Source: Octopus vulgaris (lineage: Eukaryota). From it: a stretch of 64,000 bases of DNA. Below the pieces are notes generated by a model. The model saw nothing but the letters and a program-made list of their open reading frames with translations. It was not told where the DNA came from and made no database searches. Made by a program: the position numbers and the translations under genes. This document shows positions 14,410 through 27,200 of the stretch, one piece after another. The DNA lies in the NCBI GenBank assembly GCA_951406725.2, contig OX597814.1:145142001-145206000 (forward strand). The letters run 5' to 3'. The first letter of the stretch is position 1, and every line of letters begins with the position of its first letter.

Positions 14410-14771
14410 CTATGCACATATGTACACATATATACACACACATACAAACATATATACATATACATACACACATACATACACACACACATATATACATATA
14501 TATACACTTACACATACATATACATATCTACACATACACATATATGTATACATACACACACTCACATGCATACACGTATACACACATGTATATATACACA
14601 CACGACCACATATACATATACACACAGAAAAATATATATACACATACACACACATACTCACATACACGCATACACACACATATCCACACACACACATGCA
14701 CACACAGCACACTAGTCCCTATATACACATATATACACATACATATATATACACACACATACATATACATA

Positions 14772-14827
<56 letters not shown>
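14410..14827. repeat. Compound (CA/TA/GA)n microsatellite
   Basis: Low-complexity array; source of several spurious ORFs. Confidence 0.95.
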
Positions 14828-14975
14828 TGAGGAATTATGTACATTATTTACAATTGACAGATATCTGTCCACATCTTGCTTGTTGTTAACACAACGTTTC
14901 GGCTGATATACCCTCCAGCCTTCATCAGGTGTCTTGGGGAAATTTCGAACCTGCGTTCTCATTCCTAAAGTATTA
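14828..14975 (-). mobile_element. 3' part of hammerhead-bearing short element (same family as 33121-33580)
   Basis: Near-identical by eye to the non-microsatellite 3' part of the 33121-33378 and 33374-33580 copies. Confidence 0.88.
14888..14933 (-). ncRNA. Minimal type I hammerhead ribozyme, intact core
   Basis: Minus strand: GACAC-CTGATGA-A-GGCTG-gagggtatat-CAGCC-GAAA-C-GTT-GTGTT; stem III is reduced to the palindrome AACGTT, as in PLE-associated dimer-type hammerheads. Confidence 0.85.
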
Positions 14976-15099
14976 TTCGCACCTTCGTTTTGGATCACCA
15001 CTAATGTATTATCTCCCCTTCTTCCTAGCTCTCTTGTCTGAGCCCTCTGTCCGGCAGTCGCCAAAATACATCCCTAGCCAATAAACCGTTTTTTTTTTT

Positions 15100-15250
15100 T
15101 CTCTCTCAGTTTATTTCTGTGTCTCTTTGTTGAAGAATGTAGGCTCGAAACGTAAAAGACTTTCTTACTTCCCAAGCGTTAAACTAATACGTCTGTTTGA
15201 TGTTTAAACACTCGTCTTCGTCTTTTGTACTTTCGTAAATTCTCACTATA
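15100..15250 (+). mobile_element. PLE-like 3' fragment with degenerate hammerhead
   Basis: 15121-15160 reads GTCTCT-TTGTTGAA-GAATGTAGGCTC-GAAA-CGTA-AAAGAC; ends in (TA)n. Confidence 0.45.
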
Positions 15251-15618
15251 TATATAGACGTGTTTTACTCTTATTGCTTATATTTTACACCTTTTTCACA
15301 CATTTTTCTGTATTTTGCGTTTAGCCCTGTTTTTCTTGTGCATGTGCGTATATAGACGTGTGTATGAACATTTTTATGTGCGCGCGTGTGTGTGCGAGCG
15401 TGTATGCGGGTATGTATTTATATTTTTAGCGAATGTGTAGGTCAGCATGCGTGTGTTTCAAGTGAGGGATGATGAGTATATACATATAGGCGCATGTACG
15501 TGGGCGTGCATTTGAATGTATGGACATACGCGCTTACGCGATTACTATAAACATTTTTACTCCCTTACCTTTACTCCCTCCCCTTACTTAGCGGTCATTC
15601 TAATAGTTCTTTTGTCAC

Positions 15619-15659
<41 letters not shown>

Positions 15660-15661
<2 letters not shown>

Positions 15662-16047
15662 CTTTACTATTTTGTTTAAGTTATTTGACTGTGGCCATGC
15701 TGGAGCACCGTATTTAGTCGAACAAATCCACCCCAGGACTTATTCTATCGGTCCTTTATGATGAACCGCTTAGTTACGGGGACTTGAATACACCAGCATC
15801 GGTTGTCAAGCGATGGTTGGCAGACAAACACATACACACAAACATATATACACATACATATACACAGATACACATACACATGTATAAATATATATACGTC
15901 GAGCTTCGTTCAGTTTCCGTCTACCAAATCCACTCGCAAGGATTTAGTCAGCGCGAGGTTATATTAGAAGACACTTACCCAAGGTGCCATGCAGTGGGAA
16001 CTGTACCCGGAACCATGTGGTTGGTGAGCAAGCTACTTACCCCCCAC

Positions 16048-16050
<3 letters not shown>
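15660..16050 (-). mobile_element. tRNA-derived SINE (third family, internal CA-rich spacer)
   Basis: Minus strand head AGTAGCTTGCTCACCAACCACATGGTTCCGGGTACAGTTCCCACTGCATGGCACCTTGGGTAAGTGTCTTC; flanked by (TA)n; decayed relatives near 51700-51820 and 59805-59890. Confidence 0.8.
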
Positions 16051-16083
<33 letters not shown>

Positions 16084-16402
16084 TTTATCTTGGGTAACTT
16101 TAAGCTTTTAATTTTAACTTATAAAAGTTAAAAGAAATGAAATGTCCACCCATAGCTAGAAGCATTTTAAAAGTTTTAAATAAAAATTGATGCATGGAAA
16201 ACATCTCCATTCATTTTGATCAGTTATCCGCATATTACTCACATGTTTTAAACGTCTGAGCTCTCTAAACCTCCTCAGGTTAAATAATATTGCATTGAAA
16301 ATTAATTATTATTGTAGCGTAGTAGAATTATTCTGCGACTGAAAGTAAGAGAAATGAGGAGAGAAGCAGAGATAAATAGATAGAAAGATACATAGATAAA
16401 TG

Positions 16403-16459
<57 letters not shown>

Positions 16460-18051
16460 TGTGATGGAAAAAGTGGGACAAAGAGAAAAAGTGAGGAATA
16501 CAGGATGAGAGAAAGAGAGAGCGCGAAATGGAAAATTTGAGTGCGTTTTTTTCTGAATGTATCGCAGTCATCGTAGAAGTCTCATGAGCAAATGTCCATC
16601 GCCTCTTAAAATTTCAATTTTAATTGATTCCTATCTGGAAGTAATATTATCAAATTATGGCATTTGAAAAATTTTGAGAGTTATCGCTAAAGGCTTAGGA
16701 TAGGTTCACATTTAGGTACACAGTGTCTCTTCAGCCTTGTTGAAAATTTGTCATAATTTTCCTGAAAGCATACTATTCGGAAATACTTGCAAATGAAATG
16801 GTATGCTATGTTTTGTCATGGAACAGGAAAATGGAGATCCTGAAAATCCCTAGGTGACAACAATAAGGCTAAACAAACTAAATTAAAAGTTTTTGCTTGA
16901 ACTTGTTGTAGCTAAAATTTAGTCGTTCATCTGTTAAGAGTAGTGTGTTTTTTTGTAAAAATATAGTAATAAAACAGAATGGAAAATATCCTTGGGTAGT
17001 TGAAAACTAATAAAAAGAAAGACAAAATTGCAATTAACATATTACAAGGATTCCGATCATTAAATAAAACCAAAACATAGTTACAATAACAGTAACAACA
17101 ACAACAACAAATTTCATTAATCATAATTGAAAAGAAAAGATAAAATCGAAGCCACAGAAAGAAAAACGTAAACAAAAATTAATTCGGAAACGACACAACA
17201 AAAATAACATTAACTAAGTTCCTACAGAAATATAAAAATACAGAGAAAGAACTCGCGCAACAACAATCCAAAAGGAGGTTTTAATGATTGTCAATTTGCA
17301 ATATGAAATTTAGTTTCTTGTTTGAAATCATTGTGAGATAGTTATTGAAGCCTAAACACGAAATTAAAACAAAATGAATGACAATCGGTTGCACAGCGAT
17401 AGTATAGAAGAAATTAGTATTTTACATTGCCTGGAAGCGAAGATGCACGGACAATTAAAAGCATGGAGTGCTTATCTAAGCTTAGATTGTTTATGCAATT
17501 TTGTTGAAGGTCGTCAGTTCTATAAATAAAAAAAAATAATTTAGTGCTTTTTTTTTGCAAGGAAGAATGATACAAAAATGGTCAGAGAATTGATTATAAT
17601 CTTGTGTTAACTACAGGATCATTATTAAAAACGAATGGCGTAAGTGATGAGTTATTAAGGCAGTTAACACAAAATAGCGATTTTCAGAAACAGCATTTTG
17701 AAGGAAGTAAGTTTTATCAATAAATAGTTGGCTAAATAGGAGCAAAAATAACAAATAATAATAGATTGTAATTGTGGTTTAACACATTTTTTACTATGTT
17801 GTTTAAAAACAAATTACTAATTTTCAGTTTTTGGAACAACACAGGCAATATATAAAAAGTACACATAATACATAGGCAAGTACATAAAAAAATACATACA
17901 CGAATAACAACAACAACAACAACAATAATAATAATAATAATGATAATAATAATAATAGTGATAATCAGTTGCAGCGTGGAAGATATTTGCAAGCCATTCA
18001 AGAACACACAAAAACCGCTAGTTTTACTTCAATATTTAATTTTCATTTCTC

Positions 18052-18094
18052 TCAAAATATTTTCGTCGCTTTGAAACCGCGACCTATTCACTGA
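18052..18094 (-). ncRNA. Possible variant hammerhead (G3/U8 core)
   Basis: Minus strand: TCA-GTGAATA-G-GTCGC-ggtttcaaa-GCGAC-GAAA-ATA-TTT-TGA; 5-bp stem II, palindromic AATATT stem III. Confidence 0.4.
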
Positions 18095-18436
18095 CAAAAC
18101 TTGGCGCTGCACCTGAGAGAGCTAACAATTATTTCATAATCTATATGTGGTTATGTATGTCATTGTTCTATTTCATTTCAAAATTTCTTGCCAATAGAGA
18201 AAGAGCCGGTTTCCAACCTAGATTCAAGGCTCCTTCATTGGAGTTCCAATATCAACAACAGGGTATTTTTGTTTGTATGTATGTACATATGCAGATTTGT
18301 ATATTTTGTTTTATGTATATATTCTCATGCATATAGTTGCATATCTAGATATTCTCATATATATTTAAATGATAAACTTCAGGAAAGTTTTTCAGATTTT
18401 TATTTAAATGTATGTATGTATGTATGTATGTATGTA

Positions 18437-18967
18437 TTCCAGCCACACACATCCTGAGGACAGCTGATATCTTGACTATTGAGGCGATGGTACACAAGCA
18501 CCGGTTGTGTTGGACTGGACACCTTATTAGAATAGAGGATAGAAGGATTCCTAAGCAGATGCTCTATGGAGAACTTGTGAATGGAAGGAGACTCCGGCAG
18601 AAACCAAGGCTGCGATTTAAGGACTGTGTCAAGTCCTCGTTAAAGGCTTTTGATATGCAGGACACTGACTGGGAGAACAATGCCTGTCATCGCCACAGAT
18701 GGAGTAAGCAGGTTAAGGAGGGAATCGACACTTTTGAGAGAGCAGGTATCCAACATGAAGAACTTAAGCGAGCTGCGCGAAAGCGCACGGCTCGTATAGT
18801 GAATGGAGAAAGCTTGGTCTGCAATGTTTGAGTCGTGTATGCTTGTCAAGAGCAGGGCTCATTAGCAACCAACGGAGCCGCAAATGCAAAATATATGTTA
18901 GTCCTAGAGCGCACAATGTTCCTGAAGGTCGGCAATGGTCTTCCTCGGTCACGAGTGGACGGCCATC
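18437..18967 (+). mobile_element. 5'-truncated RTE-clade LINE (RT C-terminus, zinc-finger remnant, 3' UTR)
   Basis: RLCWTGHLIRIEDRRIPKQMLYGEL ... RLRFKDCVKSSLK is a typical RTE C-terminus; flanked on both sides by (TATG)n. Confidence 0.9.
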
Positions 18968-21900
18968 ATGTATGTATGTATGTATGTATGTATGTATGTA
19001 TGTATGTATGTATGTATGTATGTATGTATGTATGTATGTGTGTGTGTGTGCATGTATGCATATATGTACGTGTGCATGCATATAATCGCATGTATGCACG
19101 TATATATGTATGTACGCACGTGTGTATGTGAGCATTTACGCATGTGTGTAGATGTGTTGGCGTATGTGTATGTGTGTATGTACATGTAAATGTATGTTTG
19201 TTTATGTACTGATATGTATAAATTATAAGCTTCACGCTACAGGTGAATATTCAGAGCAGACCTGTTCACCCAGCCTATGCCTGTCACTCTCACTCAGCGT
19301 TCAACAAATCTGTTGGGAACAGAACTTCCTTCACTGCCTAATGTTCCACTTTAAGTGAAACCCGAAAAAGTTGATGAGACCTTGATCAAAGAAGAGAGTG
19401 TCCCTCGCATAACCTCTCACGATATGGAAAAAGTAAGAAGAAACACTTTATTTCTGTGGAAGGATAGGCATTCTGTCCTTCCTGTTATTTGCGGGTATTT
19501 CTGCAGGTGTTTCTTTAAAGAGTCTCTAATTTATAGTCCCTCTGAAGTCTCCTACTTCTTGAGTGTGTTTATCTTTTGGAATGATCTATGTCTGTTACAA
19601 TATTTTGAATTACTTTTATGTGTAGTAGAATGCTATTTGTTATCGTAATATGGTTGTGCGTGACGCTTATAGATAAATTTGTGTATGTGATTTATTTTTG
19701 TGTTTATGTCTGTGTAATAAAAGATTTCTCTTTTTTTCTCGTTCGTACTGACTGTTGGTATGTGAATTTGGTCGTGCTTGTACTTGTGATGGTGTCTGTG
19801 ATAACGGTGGTGGTGATAGTTCTGGTATAGCTGTGGTGCCGATGTATCATTGCTTAGCGACACTTCCACCGTTTGTTTATATCCGCCAGATATTTTGTTT
19901 GGTGTATTTTTGCTTCATTTCTATTACTGTTTGCTATTTAATTTCCATCTCGCCGCGTTCACCATACATGTCTGTATTTTGAGCTGGAAGAGAAGCATGT
20001 CTTAGGTAGTCTTGTTGTATTCTTCTGTTGTTGATATAATTGTTGCCACTGTTGTTTTGGCTCTCCGTGGTGGTGGTGTGCTTTATTTTATTTTTGCTGT
20101 TGATCTCACTGTTGTTGTTTTTCTTGCTGATGTTGGTGTTGTGTTAAAGATTTCGGAAGAAATTGTGGTTTTCCTTCTCTCCTTTATTGCTGTGGATGAC
20201 ACCATAATGTAACATTGGAACCGTGTGCCCTAAACGGCTTCGTAGAGTTTTATGTCGTCTAGCAAGATTGATCAGGTCCGGGATAGATTCCATTATTCGT
20301 TGAGCCGTTTGGATCAATAATTCCATACCTCGTCCTTAACAACTTAATATAAACGTTTATGCAGCCTCTGGACCTGCAGAATATTCTGAATATTAGTTTG
20401 GATCTCCATATCATAGAAGACAGCTGCCATCAATTCGTCTATTCATTTGAACTATTCTACAACCAAAGTAAATTATCACGAGTACCATATTGTCAATCCT
20501 TTGGGTTATTGTGGTGTGCTTCTTGACTTCATTTTATCTAGGCAATTTTACTGGTGTTCTTATTTTTTTTCTTCTGGGGACATATGTCTGAGGCACTTTT
20601 CAATTTGCAGCTGTGTCACGTACTCTATTTTCTTACTTTTCGTCGCTAATATTTTGAATACCACAGTTCTGAATTTGGTTTCTGAATGAATAGATCCTAG
20701 GATGTTGACCATAACATTTTGTCCATACTTTGTAAAATTTGTTTTTTTTTGTGTTTAGTTTAATTCTTCAAACGTTAAAATAATGTCTTCTATTTAGTGG
20801 ACGACGTCGGTGAAACTGCAAACGCAGTAAGTTGTCGGGTATGCATTTTTTGTGTTGACATTACTGGTACTGATGCAGCGGAGGTGAAAGACCTCGTCGT
20901 ATGTTTAAAGCACAATTTGTTGTTTTTTGTTTTTCTTTCTTCTAAACTCTCATTGTTGCTTCGTTTTCTATGTTATTGTTGTTGGTGTTGTTTTCATTTT
21001 CATTGTTGTTGTTTTATCATTTGCCTTGTTATTGTTTCTGTCAGCTTGGTGGTGAAAGCGGCATTTTGTTTTAAATGTGGGAAGCATCAAAACAACTCTT
21101 CCAATCTCTAGTCTCACTCTCCCGGCTATCTGTCGAAACACTCGAAGCCAAGTTCTTTGGTTACTTAAAAAATATGTATAAATATAAAATGAATAAACTG
21201 CCCCCTGAGGAGGCAAAAATTTTGTGAAGCCAAGTAACCTCAAAGGATGCTGGTCGGCTTATTAACAGGATAGAACAGCAAAAACCAAAATAGCTTTCTC
21301 CAAAAGAATAATATTTTACAATAGCTTACGAGCTCAAACCAAAGCCCATTTTTGCAAACACAGTAATAATAAAAATAATAATATCGACGATTAAAACTAT
21401 CGGGACCCGTAAATATTTCTCGGAATTAATGGTAAACCTATTGGGTTATTTCTGAAAATTTTATCCAAAAATCCTGAAAGCATGTGTTGTGTCAGTATAG
21501 ATAGTCGCTCAACTGCTACTTATTGAAAAGTTAAAGAAATTGGAATACGATGATTATTTAATGCACTTCATGTACATATTTTTATACTTTATGCCCATTC
21601 ACTCTTATTTCTCATAAACAAACAAAATAGAATATTCCGTGCAGATGCGACAACCTTTAGTTAAATGCATATATCTGCCACGTAAATAAGCGTGAATATT
21701 TCACGGAATTGCACATATAAAACACCACCATAACCACAATCATCATCATCATATCTATCCCCCTCTCTATGACTCCTGTCTCTCTCCCCCTCTCTTCCTC
21801 CACTTTCTTTTCCTCCTCTCTCTCTGTGCCTATCTTTAACTTTACTATCAGAACATCACCTCTCTGTTAAAATTATATTTTTAACTCTCCTCCTCTACCT

Positions 21901-21996
21901 TTAACCAACTTTTTAACCACGTAATAAATATTGCGTTCCCTTACTTCATGTCATGGGCGCTTCTCTCACTCTTTTTTTCTTTCTCCTGCTTTTAAT

Positions 21997-22051
<55 letters not shown>

Positions 22052-22062
22052 GTGATAATAAT

Positions 22063-22587
22063 AGTGGAAAGGGTAGCAGGGTCCCTTTGAGCTTCTTTAG
22101 ACTAACGGTAGAAGGGCACCTTTGGGTATTTTTAGACATGGCCCTCTAGAGATTGTATCTTGAAAAAAATACTAGTGGGTGTGGCAACTCATCAAAATTC
22201 CCCCCTGCATGCGAGTTATGAATAACAGGATTGACACAAACAACGTCGTAAATGAGGGAGGGACTACAGGTGGCAGACTGTCGCCCGGCAGGTGCCCTGT
22301 GGGTGAGCAGCACAATCCCGGTCGTCACTATACGTCTGCAGAACTAAATGGACTAAAACTATGAGTACATGAGAACAGAGCATGCCCAAAAGACTGCACT
22401 GCCGGGGACAGCTACGATTTTGAGATTGGTACTTGGATGTTGAATGTATCTTACGACAATTAACAACCAAGTATTAAAGCTCATAATGTTCGGAAATAGA
22501 CCCTGTGAGACTTCTGATAGCAGGATGCTGTCCGTTCTCACAGAATCTACCAGAGTAAACAAGATCGAGCACTCTGAGAAAGAAAAC
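22063..22587 (+). mobile_element. Internally deleted R4/Dong-like non-LTR element in (AAT)n
   Basis: 22369-22443 encodes MRTEHAQKTALPGTATILRLVLGC*, matching the QKxxLLGTAxILRxVL C-terminus of R4-clade ORFs; upstream part resembles a 5' UTR and N-terminus; (AAT)n on both sides. Confidence 0.65.
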
Positions 22588-22606
22588 AATAATAATAATA
22601 ATAATA

Positions 22607-22831
22607 ATCCGTTCTACTAAAGGCACAATGCCTGAAATTTGTGGGGAGAGGAATAGTCTATTACATCGTCCCTAGTGTTTCATTGGTATTTAATTTATCG
22701 ACCCCGAATGGATGAAAGGCTTAGTTGACCTTGGTTGAATTTGAACTAAGAGGGTAAGGACGGACGAAATGCCGTTAAGCATTTTGCCCTCCGTGCTGAC
22801 GATTCTGCCAGCTCACCGACTTAATAATATA

Positions 22832-22872
<41 letters not shown>

Positions 22873-23746
22873 TAGTCATGACAATAATAATAATCTTTTC
22901 TACCGGAAGCACAAGGCCTCAGATTTGGGGAAAGAAATTAAGTGGATTACATCGACCCCAGTGTGTAACTGCTACTTATTTAATCGACCCCAAAAGATGA
23001 AAGGTAAAGTCGACCTCAGTGGAATTTGAACTCAGAACGTAGTGGCAGAAGAAATAGCTATTTCGTTACTACCCACAAGAGGCTAAACACACAGAGGACA
23101 AACAAGGACAGACAAACGGATTAAGTCGATTATATCGACCCCAATGCGCAACTGGTACTTATTTATTCGACCCCGAAAGGATGAAATGCAAAGTCGACCT
23201 CGGTGGAATTTGAACTCTGAACGTAGCGGCAGAAGAAATACCGCTAAGTATTTCGCTCGGCGTGCTAACGATTCTGCTAGCTCGCCACCTTAATAATAAT
23301 AATACTAACGATAATTTCTACTATAGGCACAAGGCCAGAAATTTTGGTGGGAAGGCATAGTCGATTACATCAACTCCAGCGTTTCACTGGTAATTACCCC
23401 GAAAGGTAAAGTCGATTTCGGCGGGATTTGAACTCAGAACGTAGCGATGAGCAAAATACCGCTAAATATTTCGTCCAGCGAGCTAAGGATCCTACCAGCC
23501 CGCCACCTTGATGATGATGATGATGATGATGATGATCCTTTCTACTATAGGCACAAGGCCTGAAATTTTTGGGAGGTAGCCAGTCGATTAGAATGACACC
23601 AGAACGCAAATGGTTCTTACTTTATCGACCCCGAAAGGATGAAAGGCAAAATCGACTTTAAGGAATTTGAACTCAGAACGTAGTGACGAGCGAAATACTG
23701 CTAAACATTTCGTCCAGCGCGCTAACGATCCTGTCAGCTCGCTGCC
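22607..23746 (-). mobile_element. Tandem array of four co-oriented Meta-domain SINE insertions (one dimeric)
   Basis: Units at about 22607-22820, 22893-23290, 23315-23507 and 23536-23746, separated by (AAT)n or (GAT)n tracts. Confidence 0.9.
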
Positions 23747-23789
<43 letters not shown>

Positions 23790-24269
23790 TAATAATAATA
23801 ATAAGAAGAAGAAGAAGAAGAAGAAGGAGAAGAAAAAGAAGAAGAAGAAAAAGAAGAACAACAGCTGTAATCGTAATAAAATAAGTAAATAGGCGCGGAA
23901 TATATATATACACAAGCATGGAATATATTTTTCCGGATGGTGTAAACGCATACCAAAAATAAGTTATTTTGCAATTATACCGTGATCATATTCTAAGATA
24001 TGCGAAGGTAAATATACTGGATTATGTTGTCAAGGACTATCAGGTAAAGAGGTGCCTTTTAATCGAATTATTAATCACATCAAACGATAAAATGTTTCGA
24101 AAGAAAATGAACTTTTCTAAATGTATAGATATCTGGAAAGGGAGATAAATGCAATGTGGATATTGGAAATAGAAATAATCCCTATCACAATAAGTATTCG
24201 GGAAATGATTTAAATAAACACGAACAAAATACAAAAATAATTTATACATGCAGAAAAGATAGAGAAAAC

Positions 24270-24460
24270 TCCTTGTGATAAAGTCTGTAAGGTTAGGCCT
24301 CTTTCAGATCACCTAAATGGTAAATTTTGCCAATTTGTAGAACCAATAGGTAACTATTTCTCATTTGACTAAGCAATAGAGTTTTATTATGGGCATCATG
24401 GCATGAAACGGTTTATAAGAGGTAGGCCCATACGCTATGGTTTCAAGTTTTGGTGTCTTG
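24270..24460 (+). pseudogene. piggyBac-like transposase fragment
   Basis: Translates KVRPLSDHLNGKF ... FSFD*AIEFYYGHHGMKRFIRGRPIRYGFKFWCL, the piggyBac first catalytic-D region. Confidence 0.8.
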
Positions 24461-26292
24461 ATTTTCGTTGTAAAGACTTTGTAGAAACACTGTCAAAAAG
24501 TATTGTTTATCTATACGGTTTTGAGTAACCGAAGTCATTCTCGCTCTTTCAGTCCGATTGTAAACTCTCGGAGCGTTTTTCTCGTATCATGAATCAGTCA
24601 TATACACTCACCGTGTGACTTTCGAGCTGTCTAATCTTAGAATCTGTACATCATATTTGAGAACACAGCGTCCTTCGGATCTGTAATAAACCGAGTGCCT
24701 CATGACTAATCTCTCAACAAGAATATCGTTACTGTTACCTTTCTACAACTGTTTTCTACATCAAACTCTGAGCAAAAATTAGCACATATAACAACCATGA
24801 TATACAAACAGATTGTTATCAAAGTCAACCAGAGTGCAACTTCGAAATAATTTGATCTGTTAGAAAGAATAGTCAAATCTACTTCAAAGTATACCCCGAT
24901 CTAGTAATAACAATGCGTTGGACAACGTAGTTCTAAACGAATTGTCTCAATGAAAGACGCACTAGAGACGGTTGGAGCATCGTTAGTCAGATGTCAGCTC
25001 GATCAAGACTGATGTGGGGTAAACAATACCAACATCCAGAATGATACGTGTACGCTTAAGCAATTCGTCCGTGAATTGAATAATCTACACATAAATAATA
25101 CAGCATCGGCCTTGAGAAATAGTGTGAGTGGTACAGCAGAAACAGCCATGGCTATAGCAAGATATAACAAGATTACGAGACACAACGAAAGGAATATTTG
25201 TAATTTCCATAATATAAATGATAAATATCTCTACTGTGGTATATTTTACATTTTCTGAAACAATACATCCTATTGTATGAGATTGACCGACTTGAGCTAC
25301 TTTCAAATATACGTCAAAATGTAACAATAACATCGTAGTGAAGTTTCTCTAAATACATCTATTCACACAATAAACTCCTTAATGTAAAAGCTCTGTAGTA
25401 TTCATATGAATCTCCACGCTTCTTAGAAATTAACAACGCAGAGATACTATAGAACTTTAGTACAGAATAATGATGTACCCCCTCCCCCCGCCAGATAACA
25501 CAATGACATAAACGACAATAGTGTCTGGGTAATTGAAATACCAATACTGAATGACTATCGCGTTCGTTCAAAAGTAAGATGTAAAACCAAGGAATTAAAC
25601 TGACTTAGAAATTGAATAAAATTCATTATGTTGGAGATGTACTTGTTCTGAGAGCTTTATTGAAAAGGAATCTATTACATCGGAGAAAAATTAATTTTTA
25701 ACCATTTAAGAACGTATAAAATCTGCTGTGGGTTTTTTTCGTCTAGTTATGTTAATAAATAAACAAAAAGATAACTTAAGAGCATTTGTATGCTCTTAAC
25801 TCACTGAAACAGACTCTCATAATGCAAAAAACATGTAAGTAATGAAACTATCATTTCTTTTTTAAATGGTAAATCGCTCTTCAACACGAAACAAGTCTGA
25901 AACTCAAAGACTTATACGCATTCAGTTTTAAAAAAGCAATTATGGATGACATTTATCTGCTTAGTAAGCATAAAATGCAATCGCGTGAGCCTCTGAAAGA
26001 GTGTCGTCAATCTAGAGGCCTGGTTCGAATGTTTATAATAAAGTGATCTCCTCTAAAGACACTCAGCATGTTGGGTGGAAAATATGTGTATCACATAGAC
26101 ACCATGGCGAAAAGAGCAAAAACAAATACTACAAAACACATAGTCTAAATTTTTAAAAGTTTCATTATTACACTTTTTATTTACTCCAAAAAAATCAGGA
26201 AAGGCAAAGTTTGGCAGAATTCGAACTCATAAACCAGTGAGTTGGAACAAACATCACGAGGCATTCTATTTGACGTTATAACAGTTCCTCGT

Positions 26293-26560
26293 GAGGGCGC
26301 GTGGCTTAGTGGTTAGGGCATTCGGCTCCTGATCGTAAGGTTGTGAGTTCGATTCCCGGCGACGCGTTGTGTTCTTGAGCAAGACACTTTATTTATGGCA
26401 AAAATGAGTTGTACTTGTATTTCAACGCTGATTATCCCGGAGAAATACGTTAAGGGTACACGTGTCTGTGGAATGCTCAGCCATTTGCACGTTAATTTCA
26501 CGAGCAAGCTGTTCCGTTGATCGTATCAGCTGGGACCCTCGTCGTCGTAACCGGCGGAGT
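26293..26560 (+). mobile_element. tRNA-derived SINE
   Basis: GGCGCGTGGCTTAGTGGTTAGGGC (A-box) ... GAGTTCGATTCCC (B-box); homologous to 58384-58705. Confidence 0.85.
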
Positions 26561-26959
26561 CTTTAAAGGATAACAGTTCCATCAATCATCCACTTCTGTC
26601 ACTCAACACCTTTCCTACTCACAAGAAAAACTGCTGTACTTGTTTACAATACCATCTATAAAGCCATCAGCAAGTTGCCTGTATATACTCATAAGTACCT
26701 TCCAGATGATAACAACACTGACTTTTGAGGTGACGTTAAAACAATTTAACTTGACTGTTTGTTTATCAAGAGCTGAAAGGATCAGAGAGGCTTATTTATA
26801 AACATCACAATAGCTTCTCTTCTTGCTGTTTGATATTCTCTTCTGCCTCTATTCTTCCAATATTTCCAAGTCTGTTTCGTAGATTTATGTAGCTCTAATC
26901 ACACAACTAGCCCTCCTACAAGTTACCTTGCATGAAGCTCGGTTTTGTACTGTGAAAAC

Positions 26960-27200
26960 TAAACGACTCATAAAAGAACATCCGTGAATGTCACAAAGAA
27001 ACTAACCAAGTACAAAGTCCTGACGATCGAAATCAATCGGATATGTAGAATGAAAATAATACAATTGATCATTGGAGCTCTATGAATCGTAAAATAGAGA
27101 ATGAAAAAGTTCACCAATACAGCCTTCTAAAACATCGATATCTACGCTGTCTAGAAGATTGTCCAACTGGGAAACTGTCTAAATACTATTACGTTGATAA
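26960..27200 (+). pseudogene. Old R4/NeSL-type restriction-like endonuclease relic
   Basis: Translates KLTKYKVLTIEINRI ... LIIGAL*IVK ... *KIVQLG, matching the KY.DL..EI ... IIGALG ... QK..LLG pattern. Confidence 0.5.

Noticed and set aside
18210-18270. Further hammerhead-like remnants (also near 1540-1580, 21200-21240, 53540-53570)
   Set aside because: Core nucleotides or stems are too degenerate to support from single copies.
19243-19432. Exon-like segment (CAG|GTG ... AAA|GTAAGA)
   Set aside because: Stop codons in all three frames and no recognisable domain.
19450-21140. Possible decayed LINE 5' end or ORF1 on the minus strand
   Set aside because: Strand-skewed composition is suggestive, but no motif is reliable enough to call.
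22607-23746. CRISPR-like repeat/spacer appearance
   Set aside because: Units are ~200-bp diverged SINEs separated by microsatellites in eukaryotic DNA; no cas genes.
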